DNA of 63,592 nt, filler included, from Chiloscyllium plagiosum (lineage: Eukaryota), in the NCBI RefSeq assembly GCF_004010195.1. It is 4 parts of one record of this genome, joined end to end, with 100 filler letters (N's around TTAATTAATTAA, not from the genome) between each part and the next. Parts side by side here need not be neighbours in the genome. Positions count along the whole stretch, not along the records: positions 1 to 28,953 come from NC_057713.1; positions 29,054 to 52,054 come from NC_057713.1; 2 more parts are not named here. The stretch is one strand, 5' to 3'. A program made the translations under genes and the position numbers. Shown here in pieces: positions 25,370 to 37,897 of this stretch (position 1 is the stretch's first letter; every line of letters begins with the position of its first letter). The notes under the pieces are model-generated. The model made no database searches, had not been told where the DNA came from, and saw nothing but the letters and a program-made list of their open reading frames with translations.

Positions 25370-26238
25370 GGTAAAAACAATGACTACAGATGCTGGAAAC
25401 CAGATTCTGGATTAGTGGTGCTGGAAGAGCACAGCAGTTCAGGCAGACTCCAAGGAGCAGTAAAATCGACGTTTCGGGCAAAAGCCCTTCATCAGGAATA
25501 CAGGCAGAGAGCCTGAAGGGTGGAGAGATAAGTGAGAGGAGGGTGGGATTGGGGAGAAAGTAGTACAGAGTACAATAGGTGAGTGGGGGAGGGAATGAAG
25601 GTGATAGGTCAGGGGGAAAGGGTGGAGTGGATAGGTGGAAAAGACGATAGATAGGTAGGACAAGTCATGGGGACAGTGCTGAGCTGGAAGTTTGGAACTG
25701 GGGTGAGGTGGGGGAAGGGGAAATGAGGAAATCGTTGAAGTCCACATTGATGCCTTGGAATTGAAGTGTTCCGAGGCAGAAGATGAGGCGTTCTTCCTCC
25801 AGGCGTCTGGTGGTAAGGGAGCGGCGGTGAAGGAGGCCCAGGACCTCCATGTCCTCGGCAGAGTGGGAGGGGGAGTTGAAATGTTGGGCCACAGGGCGAT
25901 GTGGTTGATTGGTGCGGGTGTTCTGGAGATGTTCCCTAAAGCGCTCTGCTAGGAGGCGTCCAGTCTCCCCAATATCGAGATGACCGTATCGGGAGCAACA
26001 GATATAATAAATGATATTGGTGGATGTGCAGGTAAAACTTTGATGGATGTGGNNNNNNNNNNNNNNNNNNNNNNNNNNNCCAGGATGGGAGGGTGGGTTG
26101 TAGGGGGGCGTGGACCTGACCAGGTAGTCACGGAGGGAACGGTCTTTGCGGAAGGCGGAAAGGGGTGGGGAGGGAAATATATTCCTGGTGGTGGGGTCTG
26201 TTTGGAGGTGGCGGAAATGTCGGCAGATGATTTGGTTC
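25370..26238 (-). mobile_element. Penelope-like retroelement 3' part (GIY-YIG endonuclease + pseudo-LTR); contains a 27-N gap at 26053-26079
   Basis: ORF 25665-26327: NIIYYICCSRYGHLDIGETGRLLAERFREH..PVAQHFN..RRLEEERLIFCLGTL. Confidence 0.88.
25464..25499 (-). ncRNA. Minimal type I hammerhead ribozyme motif, intact core
   Basis: attc-CTGATGA-A-GGGC-TTTT-GCCC-GAAAC-GTC-gatt on the minus strand. Confidence 0.8.
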
Positions 26239-27486
26239 ATGGACACTGGCCACACGCACCCCACATACATGAATATTAGCATCTGACATGTGCCCTCTTT
26301 AACAACCCTTACAACATCTTTGATCAACTTACAGTATATGTCTGCATTTAAATGCTGCCATCAAGCTGAACTGGGTCAACTATACATTTCAAGGTCAATT
26401 AGAGACGAGGAAGAAATGCTGACCTTGCCACCAATATCCACATCCTATGAAAGAATAAGAACGAATCCAGAACTAATATGAAATAAACATAAATTAACCT
26501 GCAAACCATTATGGAGTACACCACTTATTGCACATTAAATAACAGTCACAACCATGACAGATCCCACAAACTTTCTGAGCAACCCACTCAGGCATCAGTG
26601 ATCCCAACAAATATTTAAATGCTGGTCTTCCTCAAGAGATATTTCAACACTCCTGTCTTTGGAGCATTTTGGTTTTTAAAATTTCCTTCACAGCGATTCC
26701 AACTCAACCTAGCAGTCCACTTACTACTTCTTCCTGCAATCAGTTATCAGGTGACCAGGCTCCAGCTCAGAATGCCACACTGACAGCTTTCTGCCCAGTT
26801 GCTCAAATCTTATTTCCCCCAAAACTGAGCCCACAATATTTGGATATGGTTCCAGCTTCCTAGCTGTGGTGCTGCCAAAAGCTGTCATGTTGGGTATCTG
26901 TTCACCACATACAAACAGTCCTGTGGTCATGTTTTTGTGCTCTAGACCAAATAACATGAGTAAGCTTTTAGCACCAACTTGCCTTGTCCCAGCATTGGAT
27001 TTCATGCTATTTTCTTGAGCGTGTTAGGCTCTCCTTCTGCAAATTTGCATTTATATGGAGCCCTGGCATTCGGTGAATAATCTTTCGCCACTGCCCCAAA
27101 AAGACAGCGCCACAATCCCAAAAAAAAGATGGCCTCACAATATTGAACTGAGGCTTATCTGCTGTGTCAGGTGAATTCAATGTTAGCAATTAAAAGTGAA
27201 AGGGACAATATCTATTCCAATTCAAGAATACTTCAACTGAAAAATGATGTTGTGGTCATGAAAGGTGTACAGAATATAATGCAAGTATTCTTTCTACATA
27301 GCTTAACTCATTATAGGAAAAAGCATATGAGAGCAGAGTGCCTGTGCTATGACTGAATTCTCAGGAACACCTTAGTACATTACAAATATCCTTGAGGAAA
27401 TTGTCTGACAAGCATGTCAAATCCCAAACATTTAAACTAAGGAATGAGATGGCAGTATATTTTCTCCTTTGTGCTTTTTTCCTTGT

Positions 27487-27620
27487 AGAGAAAATGAGGT
27501 CTGCAGATGCTGGAGATCAGAGATGGAAATGTGTTGCTGGAGAAGCGCAGCAGGTCAGGCAGCATCTAGGGAACAGGAGAATCGACGTTTCGGGCATTAG
27601 CCCTTCTTCAGGAATGAGGA
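27487..27620 (-). mobile_element. Penelope pseudo-LTR fragment
   Basis: Homologous to 24590-24720 and 25370-25500. Confidence 0.75.
27580..27615 (-). ncRNA. Minimal type I hammerhead ribozyme motif, intact core
   Basis: attc-CTGAAGA-A-GGGC-TAAT-GCCC-GAAAC-GTC-gatt. Confidence 0.78.
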
Positions 27621-28029
27621 AAGTTTTTCCTTGTGCCAACTCAAAACCTCAGCCACAGTGCAGATCCAGCGTGGCAATCTCTCTACCCGGCATGGCAATC
27701 ATTTGGCACAGCATGATGGCCTCTTGGCCCACTGTGGCTGTCTCCTAGCCCAGTAGAGCAGTCTCCCAGCATGGCTCATCAGCCTCTTGATCCAGCGGCT
27801 TGGCGCAATGGTCTCTCATCGGCCCGGCATGGCAGTCCCTTCACAGCCTGGCAGGATGGTCTTTTGACATGGTATGGCCTCAGCATGGCCATCTGACCTA
27901 GAGATGAACCCAGAGTGTTCTGCAGTCAAGGCCTGGCATTGATTAAAGTCTAGGTGCTGGCGTGGACATTTGGCTAACATTTAACTATTAGGGAGGATGG
28001 ACATTATGCTTTCATTTCTTTATATATTT

Positions 28030-28660
28030 GTTCATGGCTGACACGGGACAGGCTAACATTTACTGTCCAGCTAAATTGCCCTGAAGAAGGTGGTGGTGAA
28101 CTGACTTCAACTATTGTAACCCTTGGGGTGTAAGGACACCCACAGTGTTGTTAAGAAGGGTGCTTCATGATTTTGACCAGATGTTGGTCCAAAATCGAGG
28201 ATGGTGTGCGACTTTGAGGGGAACTTGCTAGCTATCTGCACTTGACCTTCAGGGTGGTAGAGGTCATAGGTTTCAAAAGGTGCTGTTGGAGAAACCTAGG
28301 CGAGTTACCATCTGCAGTGCATCTTGGGAGAAGATGCTCACTGCAGGTACTGTGCATTGGTGGTGATGTGAGTGAATATTGGAAGTGGTGGCTGGGGTGC
28401 CTATCAAATGGGCTTCTTTGTTCTGAATGGTGTTGAGCTTCTTCAGTACAGTTGGAGTTGCAATCATCCAGGCAAGTATTCCATCACACTCCTGAATTGT
28501 AGATGGTGAATAGGCTTCAGGAAGTCAGAAGGTGAGTTACATCCTATGGGATTCCTAGCATCTGTCCTGCTCCTGTAGCCCACAATACTTGTGGCTAGTC
28601 CTGTTCAGTTTCTGAATGGTAATGCCCAAGATGTCAATAGTGGGGAATTCAGTGATGGCA
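28030..28660 (-). mobile_element. Family B LINE 3' part
   Basis: Minus-strand PTVLKKLNTIQNKEAHLIG; family B 3' end. Confidence 0.7.
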
Positions 28661-28953
28661 ATAGACAATAGACAATAGGTGCAGGAGTAGGCCATTCAGC
28701 CCTTCGAGCCTGCACCACCATTCAATATAATCATGGCTGATCATTCCTAATCAGTATCCTGTTCCTGCCTTATCTCCATAACCCTTGATTCCACTATCTT
28801 TGAGAGCTCTATCCAACTCCTTCTTAAATAGGCCGAACTCCTTTGGGACTTCGATGTTGTGGCTATTACGGAGACATGGCTAGAACAGGGACAGGATTGG
28901 CTGTTGCAGGTTCCAGGATTTAAATGTTTTAGTAGGGTCAGAGGTGGGGGTAA
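28661..28953. mobile_element. Two abutting CR1 pieces: minus-strand 3' end (28661-28830) and plus-strand endonuclease fragment
   Basis: (ACAATAG)n tail as at 52931-52965; WDFDVVAITETWLEQGQDWLLQVPGFKCF. Confidence 0.8.
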
Positions 28954-29053
28954 NNNNNNNNNNNNNNNNNNNNNNNNNNNNNNNNNNNNNNNNNNNNTTA
29001 ATTAATTAANNNNNNNNNNNNNNNNNNNNNNNNNNNNNNNNNNNNNNNNNNNN
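28954..29053. other. Artificial contig-joining spacer 44N-TTAATTAATTAA-44N
   Basis: Exactly 100 bp; stops in all six frames; identical at three places. Confidence 0.97.
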
Positions 29054-29307
29054 GCCAAGGCGCGGTGGGGAAAGACTACTGTGTAAAGTCTGCCTGCCTA
29101 ATGAAGAACAGGGGGTCCATGCAGTCATTTGGGCTCTGCTGACGCCTCAGCTAATTATATGGGCATATGATTGAAAAATGTACAGACCTGTAAAAAAATG
29201 ATAAATTCTGATCTCTGTATGTACATGTTTACATATGTATGGCATGACCAACTGTACAGACCATCAAATTATTTTATGAATAAAGTATATTTTTGAAATT
29301 AAAAAAA
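29054..29307 (+). mobile_element. Tx1/L1-clade LINE 3' end
   Basis: AKARWGKTTV* followed by 3' UTR, AATAAA and an A-tail. Confidence 0.7.
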
Positions 29308-30325
29308 TCTATCTATCTCAGCCTTAAACATTCACAAGGACTGTGTTCCCACAGCTCTCTGTGGCAAGGAGTTACAAAAACTCTCAACCCTTTGAGAGAA
29401 GAAATTCCTCCTTATCTTAGTCTTAATTTGGTGCACCTTTACTCTGAGACAATATCCTTTGGTTCTAGACTCTCCCAACAGGGAAATATCCTCTCAATAT
29501 TTACCCTGCCAAGGGTTCATTCTAAATCTTCTCTGAACTGTCTTCAATGAAATGATGTCTTTCCTTAAATAGGAGACCACAACTGCTCACAGTACTCCAG
29601 ATATAGTCTAACTGGCACCTTGTACATTTGCAGTAAGATTTGCCAACTCTTAAACTTCAACCCACTTGAAATCAGGGCCAACATTCCATTAGCCGTCCAC
29701 ATTACCTGCTGCACCTGTGTGATAACGTTTTGTGTTCCGTGCACAAGTACCCTGAAGTCCCTTTGCATTGCAGCTTTCTGCAGTTTGTTTTTCATTGAAA
29801 TAAAATTCTGTGCATTTGTTCTCACTTCCAAAATGACCAACTTTACATTTTTTCACATTATATTCCATTTGCCAACTTTTTGCCCACTCATTTATCTCTC
29901 TGTAAACTGTATCCCTTTTATAGTCTGCCTTTCCAGCTACTTTTGTGTTGTCTCCAAATTTGGCATTTACTTCCTTGCTCCAAGTAATTTATATTTATTG
30001 TAAACACTTGCAGTCCCAGCATTAATCCCTGTGGAGACCCTCTAGTCACAGGTCACCATCCAGAAAAAGAACCCTTCATTCCTACTCTCTGCTTCCTGCT
30101 CATTAGCCAATTCTCTGTCTATATCAATATACTGCCTCCAACACCGTGGGCCCTTATCCTATGACTTAACCTTTTGTGAGGTACCTTGTTGACCGCCTTC
30201 TAGAAGTCCCAATACAACATATCAACTGGTTCCCTTTTATCCACTCTGGGTTGAGACTTGCTCAAAAAACTTTAATGTATTAGTCAGACATGATTTCCCT
30301 TTGAAGCTGACTCTGCTTGCATTCT
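29308..30325 (-). mobile_element. Decayed CR1 LINE
   Basis: QRDFRVLVH..RLYLEYCEQLWSP on the minus strand. Confidence 0.82.
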
Positions 30326-32897
30326 GGAAAAGCATACAGAGGAATCTTTGTTTCGTGTTTCTTGGGGAATCTGCATTTGCAAAATCCCAGAGATGGCTGC
30401 CTTTGTTGTTATGTTGGGGAAGTTGTCAATGTTCAAATTTCTATTTTTCAGAGGTAGCAATAGACATGGATCCCAGTGCAGGTTAGGATGGTAACGCTTT
30501 TTTTTAAATTCAGCATACTTTTATGTAATTGGGTAGGAGCTGTCAGTCATGTTTTACTCTGTCATTTTGATCCACATCATCTTACATAAGCTTACAGTTG
30601 ATCCTATCCCCATTTCTACTGAGCTGGTCTGATTCCCTATATGTATTAAACTCTCATCACCTCAGTGGAAATTGGTAAACCTATCATGGACAGGTTCTAC
30701 AATGATTCAAACTGCTTTGCTAATTGGACTGGATGAGCTCTGAGGCTTGGTCCTTCCATTGCCCTTGGGTAAACAGTGAAAAGCAGAAACAGTGATGGGA
30801 TTTCTGTACACACAACAGAGTGGCCATTTTTCACTGTGTGTATTCTGTCTCAATTCAAGATGGGAAAATTCTGTCTTTGCTGTCAGGAATAGTAGAATAG
30901 TTGTCCTTTCAGAAGAACTGCATATATTATCCATGGAGCTGAAGTACTCAGTTGTACCTTTACTTGTTCATCAATTCATAAGCAGAGAATGCATTGACAT
31001 GCAAGTGTACAGTATAGAATGCATGGTTCAATTTTGCATTGAAGAACAGGCTCAGCAAGCTAGATTCATTATGTGACATTAGTTGCCGGAAATAGTTTAA
31101 AATATTCTTGGCAAACATCATTGAGATGAAGCAGTAAACTGCCCTGCAGTGTTTTATCCAGCAGCAAAGCTAAAAACTGGCAAGACTTGCGCATACCAGC
31201 AGAAGATGGGATACAAGGTCTTTTGAATAGGAGAACAAAGCTTTACTGCTGGAACTACTAGCCAATCATTCATTGCATTTTTTCTCCTACAAAACATCAT
31301 GTTGATTTTATTATCTTTTGTATTTCATTTATTTAAAAGACAATCTAATAGAAATAATGTTAGGATTGTTAGTTAAGGCTATCATGTACAGAATTTTATT
31401 TAATTTATAAATATGAATTATTTCATTATATAATTTTTAAAAAATAGTTAGAAATTTGTACTATGAACCTCCAGAAAAAAAAATTGACTCACTAACAGTG
31501 AATCAGATAATAATCATGAAACTGAAGTACATTTGAATTCCTTATAAAATTGAGGACGTTATAAAAGTAACTATAATCTGAGTCAAACCACTGATACACT
31601 GGTTATGTTGAAGAATTTACAATGGAACAGTGCAGTGTTCATTACACCTTAATATGTACCACTGTCGTTGTGGATTTGGCATGTGTTTGTAGTCACCTCA
31701 GGGATTCCTTGGTTAGGTGGTCCTACCACTAGTAATGCATACCAACATTTTTCAACTTATTGTTAAAAAACCTCAGGTCATTTCCTGTACCACCTTTTAA
31801 TTTCTAATGGTCGAAAATGACTTATAATTGCATCAGCTGTTTTCAATCACTAAAACTCTCGATGGCAATCAATGTCTGCTGCCAAGATTTTCAGCATTTG
31901 TACAGATTTCCTTGCTTTTTGTGCTTGAGTACATGTGTGAGCGGAGCTCTGCTTCAGTCCCTCTTCCCTTCAACCATGATGTACATTGGCATGTCTGCCC
32001 ACTTGTATCACTGGTTTACAAAAATTCATCATGGTGTCAATGATTCTTCTCATCTATTTTTGTAGCTTCCTCATTTGAACAAGCTTTTTCTGCTTTCATT
32101 GACTGTTTATGGCAGCATATCCCAAAACAAACTGACTGAATACCTCAAGGCTTGCAGATAAAATACGAAATTATCAGTCTATCCCTTTGAGGGTCCAGTG
32201 GTATAAATATTTGGAAATGTTTCCCACAAGCTGCCAGGCAACGGATCACTCCTGTGCAGCTGCTCACATTGGATATTCGATTCACATCATACTTCAAAAA
32301 ACACATAAGGGGAAAAAAACCAACCACGTGCAGTGAAGCTTAAACTAACATTTAAATTTTGAGATTGGAATTAACCTTCTGTAGAATGCTCTGCTTGTAA
32401 TTTTTCTTAATTAAAACAGCCTGTACAATTACCTCAGCAGAGCAGTACAGCTATCAAAACATGCCATTTTGTCAAAGTGCATTCCCATCTCCTTAGCTAC
32501 CCATCATTTGTGTAAGGATAATTTCAGGATACTATAGCTATTAATTTATTAACTGTTCTCAATTAGATATTGAGGATATCTTTTGAATGAATCCCCTTTT
32601 GGATACATAATGTGCTATGATTGAATGAATGTTACCTTTCATTTTATGAAAGTTGCCATTTTATCTGAGTAGCTTTATTTTAGCAAATGCCATGTTATGT
32701 TCATTCATTCAAAGCAACTTTAAAATGTGCACATTTAAAAATGAAACTACATCCACAACAAAAAGTATCTGTCTCAAAGAACTGAGGTAACATCCCTTTT
32801 TCTCAATACCATTTTTAACCACTGCAAACTAAATATCATGACACTCATGGAACCAACAATGAATAGTTTTCTGCAAGTAACAACTCAGGATACAAAT

Positions 32898-33328
32898 AGA
32901 TTAGATTAGATTACTTACACTGTGGAAACAGGCCCTTCAGCCCAGAAGTTCACACCGACCCGCACGCACCCAGACCCATTCCCCTACATTTACCCCTGCA
33001 CCTAACACTACAGGCAATTTAGCATGGCCAATTCACCTAACCTGCACATTTTTGGACCGTGGGAGGAAACCAGAGCACCCGGAGGAAACCCACACAGACA
33101 CGGGGAGAATGTGCAAACTCCACACAGTCAGTCGCCTGAGGCGGGAATTGAACCCGGGTCTCTGGCGCTGTGAGACAGCAGTGCTAACCATTGTGCCACC
33201 GTGCCACCCAATAAAAGCCACACAGACACAGAGAGAACATGTAAACTCCACACAGACAGTTGTCAGAGGCTGGAATTGAATTCAGGTCCCTGGCGATGTG
33301 AGGCAGCAGTGCTAACCACTGTGCCACT
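32898..33328 (-). mobile_element. HE1-type SINE (32898-33207) plus a second adjacent head fragment (33216-33328)
   Basis: Same head and core as 23498-23800; (TAATC)n tail read as gatta repeats. Confidence 0.9.
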
Positions 33329-33603
33329 GTTCGAACCTGCAAATAGAATAATAATTTTTTTAACATCTAAACTAGCTTTGCAATTTCAAGAACTTCATGG
33401 GCAGGATTTTTCAGACAGCAGGATTTCCCTCACTGCCACTGGAAGAGTTGGTGTGGAATCAATCACAGCAGCCCCACAGAAACTCGCTACTTAGCTGGAG
33501 ACAGGGCTTCAGCCCAGATTGGCGAGCAGTTATGTCTTCCCAATGGTGTCAGAGGCAGCAGTGGCCATGTCTGGGACCATAAGCAGCCCCCTGATTTAAA
33601 GTA

Positions 33604-33928
33604 CAGTAGCGCCTCAACATACGAACGACCCCGTTCAAATACAAATCGGTTTACGAACAGGATTGTACGTAAAATTTTGCTTCAATGTATGTACGAAATT
33701 CAAGGTACGAACGAAGGTACGAATGCAAAAAGCCCGTGTGCGACCACGTGGTTTCATTGTTCTGCTTTGCTACGTGATTGTTGAACGCAAAAGCTCTCGG
33801 GCCCCGCGTGATCTCATTCAGTTCGTCTTTGGCACGTGCGCCGTCCGAGCATTCTTACGCTATCCGAACAATGGGAAAAATTGATTCAGTTCGCGAACGG
33901 ATTAAGTTCATAAGTCGAGGCGTTACTG
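33604..33928. mobile_element. 325-bp Tc1/mariner (Tigger/pogo-like) MITE
   Basis: TIRs CAGTAGCGCCTCAACATACGAAC / GTTCATAAGTCGAGGCGTTACTG (19/23 match) flanked by TA on both sides. Confidence 0.88.
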
Positions 33929-34409
33929 TACTAGAGTGCAAGAGCAGGTAAAAGCAGTAAGTTCTTTCTATCTAATTATTCAGCAGAAGTATCCAGAACC
34001 TTATCTTTTTCCCTTGCATACGCATACCTACAATCTGTATAGATGTTACATACTCAATATTGAATTTTAAGTATGGAATTTATATTTGCTGAAATAGCAC
34101 ACAAGTCAAATGGGTGCAACACCTGAAGTCATGAAGCTGAATAATAAGTAATTATGGAATGGGATAGGAAGAGTTCTACAAGCAAGCTGTTTATCCTCTT
34201 GGCTCCAGATAATATGGGCCCAAGGAATCCAGAGATGTGCAGGTCAGTATGGAAAGCAATGTTAAATAAAATAACTTAATTCTTCTGAACTACTTCAAAC
34301 AAATTATTTTTGGAAATGAGTTCAATCAAGTCATATTTGTAGAAAGGTACTGTGATGAATTAGATTAAATAAGCATCAAATAATTTAAATGCATTATTGC
34401 CACACTTAC

Positions 34410-34535
34410 TGAGTTCTCATCATCTTCTTCGAGTTCCCTCTGCTGTTCTTGATGTCTTTTTGCTTTAATTTCCATTGCTTCAATTATTAAATCTCTCAGA
34501 ATTGACACTGATTTGGCATTTTTAATGAAATTGTG
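34410..34535 (-). CDS. STK3: Internal coding exon of serine/threonine kinase 3 (MST2/Hippo), end of kinase domain and acidic linker
   Basis: polypyrimidine-CAG | HNFIKNAKSVSILRDLIIEAMEIKAKRHQEQQRELEEDDENS | GTAAGT; 126 bp, phase 0/0; closely matches the vertebrate STK3 segment HPFIKNAKPVSILRDLITEAMEIKAKRHEEQQRELEEEEENS as I recall it. Confidence 0.93.
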
Positions 34536-35166
34536 CTGTAGCAAGAGAAGGAAATGTAGCAAACGATTAACAAGTAGTTAACATGCAACACTCACAAACA
34601 ATCAGATGAAGTATGTATTGACATATTAATTCCTCTGTCATAAATCTCCCTTTGAAAAGGTAAAATATTAATGAAAAGGTAATATTAATTATAAAATATC
34701 AAGGATTCCTCGAGTCATTCATTCATTGGCTCAATAAACAAATGCACACTGGGGATACACCAACACTTGCTTGTTACTCAGTTTTCTGTAGTGGCAGCAT
34801 GGATTCTGCAATTACTTTCAGAGTGCCCAGATGACAGAGATGGATTAACAGCCGATGTTTCCACTCCTGCCTTCAATATGTAGTCCCTTTTGAAACTGGA
34901 TCGGCATCGATGACAGGTAAAAGTATTGCTATTCTGGCTAGATTGTTACTAACTTGTACTGCAACAGTTATGGATTGAACTTCTGTATGAAGGACAACTC
35001 CTTCAGTGAGGTAGCAGAGGGCTGCCAGCATATTTGATGTATCATCATCATCTTAAGAAGAGAGCAAGAACATGTTTTTTTTGGCAGGAGGTGGACAGAG
35101 AAGAGAAAGTGCATCATCTTGCACAGGGATGAATTTCTGTTAGGGATATTTTGATATATAAAGACA

Positions 35167-35530
35167 TTTTTTTTAGTTCAAAAATATACTTTATTCATAA
35201 AAACGTCTTGACATACGTACACAGTCACTCAAGCAGTTTGGTTCCGAATGGTAGCATATGAAGAAACAAACAAACATTGGAGTTTGGCCCGATCCAGTAA
35301 ACAAACCAAAGACATTTCTTACTTGTACAAGACTATATATTTGAGGCACGGACCCCCATTAAAGTTTGACTGAAAGACTTTAGATGGTGTCTTTCCCCAC
35401 TGCGCCTTGACAGCAGCTGCCCCAAGCGTTAGTGCATCCCTCAGCACGTAGTCCTGGACCTTGGAATGTGTCAGTCTGCAACATTCAGTCAAAGTCAACT
35501 CCTTGCTCTCGAAGACCAACAGGTTTCGGG
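35167..35530 (-). mobile_element. Tx1/L1-clade LINE 3' end
   Basis: ECCRLTHSKVQDYVLRDALTLGAAAVKAQWGKT; AATAAA and A-tail on the minus strand; related to 29054-29307. Confidence 0.72.
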
Positions 35531-36509
35531 CACTTTATTGTTAAACGTGCTTATTTAGCTGAACAAATTGTTGCAATTGTGTGGTTCGTAAGACAATTAT
35601 GCTTTTGGAGTGTAATTTAATTTTACAAGGACCTGTCCTGATGTCTGTCTGGAAATAAACTTGGGGATTTGATTATTAGTGATCAAATGAAGGTTTTTTT
35701 TAAATGAAGGTTTAGACTGTTCTACTCAGATCAAAGTGCAAGTTATTTATATTTGGAGTCAATAACAAAGGTGTCTGAGCTCACGGCTATCCAAAAATCC
35801 CAGAAAGGTGCTGTAAGTATCAGTTTGTTAACAGCTGTGCCATAAACTCTCAATTTATTTCGAAGTCAAAAGAGAGTTGAGTTCAGGATCGCCAATTAGC
35901 ATTTCTAAATACATGGCTAATGTGTTTCACATTGCCATGGGGATTGAGGGCAGAGGAAGCCATTTTTCAGATCTCGTTACAGACTTCCCTAGAAATCAAT
36001 AAATCTCTCAGATAGAGAGGCGTTTTTGTGAGGTCAGTTATAAGACAAAGATGCCTGGCATTGTGCAACACTACAGCCAGATGCAGTCGGGAGTCAGTCT
36101 CTATTTCGAAGAGATGGACCCTGTAGCCATCTAAGGATTTCAGGGAAGAAGAATCAACAGAACAAACTTTACTGCTGGTGATAGATTGAAGAAATACAAA
36201 AAACTGTGGAAAGCACCTTAAGAGAGTAACCCAAAGTTATATACAGGAAAAAGGGGATATGGGAATCCATTAAAAGCCAGGCGCAATGGTGAACTGTTTA
36301 TTACAATGAATGCCTTCCTGTGGAGAACACGGTGTATGATAAGCCAAAAAAGAGAAAATTCCTGTCAATTAATTTTAAAACACACTATCTGGTCATGCCA
36401 TTAAAACTCAATACATTTTCATTTCTACGGCTATTGCAGTCGTTTTCCTATCTTAGTTTAATCAACTTACATTTAATAGGCCTTAGAAATTAGGCTTCAA
36501 AGCTGTTCT

Positions 36510-36810
36510 TCATTCATTCATGGGCATTCATGGCTAGACCAACATTTATTTCTCATCCCTAGTTGACCTTGAGAAGGTGGTGGTGAACCACCTTCTTGAA
36601 CCTCTGCAGTCTGAGTGCTGTAAATAGAGCTACAATGCTGTTCGGGAGGGAGTTCCAGAGTTTTGACCCAATGACAAAGAAATAAGTCAAGATGGTGAGT
36701 CGCTTGGCAGGGAATTTGCCTGTAACTTGCATTTGGATTCCCATTGATCTGCTGCCCTTGTCCTTCTAGATGGAAGTGGTCCTGAGTTTGGAAGGTACTG
36801 TCTAAGGGAC
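36510..36810 (-). mobile_element. Family B LINE 3' end
   Basis: SKLWNSLPNS..LQRFKKVVHHHLLK. Confidence 0.7.
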
Positions 36811-37270
36811 TTTTAAGTATTTAAAACATACATTACTAAATACAGGCAGAAGGGTTATAACTGGGGGGTTCAAAGTCAATTGTTTTCCAGATTAGAAATT
36901 CTGGATCAAGATATTTTACTATCCAAGTTGTCTAAGTTCAACGCAAAAGAAATAAATAGCCAATATCAACACAGATACAAATAAATTCATATTGTTAAAA
37001 TATTTGGTGTTGGTAGAAACTTGAATGTAATTCCTTGTAACACAATAAGGCCAACACAATTTGCTGCATTTACAAAAGTGAATATATTCAAAACAATTCA
37101 TGAGCTGCGAGTTCATGAAAATCACTGTGAAAACATTCCTTTTAATAGTTACTGAAGAGTGTAATTACATGATATTGGGGATCTCATTCATGAGCAGCAA
37201 TGGTAAAACCATAATCTGAATCCAAGGGATTAGTTTTAATTCAAGTCAGTATTGGTGCAAAAGTGGTTAG

Positions 37271-37705
37271 ACCATAAAACATAGGAGTGGAAGTAAGGCC
37301 ATTCAGCCCATTGAGTCCATTCAGCCATTCATGTGGCTGATGGGCATTTCAATGCCACTTACCCGCACTCCCCCCGTAGCCCTTAATTCCTTGCAAGATC
37401 AAGAATTTATCAATCTCTGCCTTGAAGACATTTAATGTCCCGGCCTCCACTGTGCTCTGTGGCAATGAATTCCACAGGCCCACCACTCTCTGGCTGAAGA
37501 AACGTTTCCTCATTTCCATTCTAAATTGACCCCCACTAATTCTAAGGCTGTGCCCACAGGTCCTGGTATCCCCGCCTAACAGAAACAAATTCCCAGCGTC
37601 CACCCTTTCTAAGCCATGCATTATCTTGTAACTTTCTATTAGATCTCCCCTCAACTTTCTAAACTCTAATGAATACAAGCCCAGGATCCTCAGCCATTCA
37701 TCGTG
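37271..37705 (-). mobile_element. CR1 LINE 3' end
   Basis: LGLYSLEFRKLRGDLIE..FFSQRVVGLWNSLP. Confidence 0.9.
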
Positions 37706-37897
37706 TGTCACAAAGACCAGCCTGTTCTGAAAAAGCGAACAGAATGCACCTGGATATGTTTTAGTATATGACATAATTTTCCAACTTGAAGCAGGTGGGA
37801 GTAGGTCAAGCCAGGAAGACAGAAACCAGACACTCAAGGAAATAATTCTTGGCATAAACCTTCCACATCCGTCAAATTTTCACCTGCACTTCTACAC

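Noticed and set aside
28998..29009. TTAATTAATTAA as a biological palindrome or homeodomain site
   Set aside because: It is embedded symmetrically in Ns three times, so it is a synthetic linker
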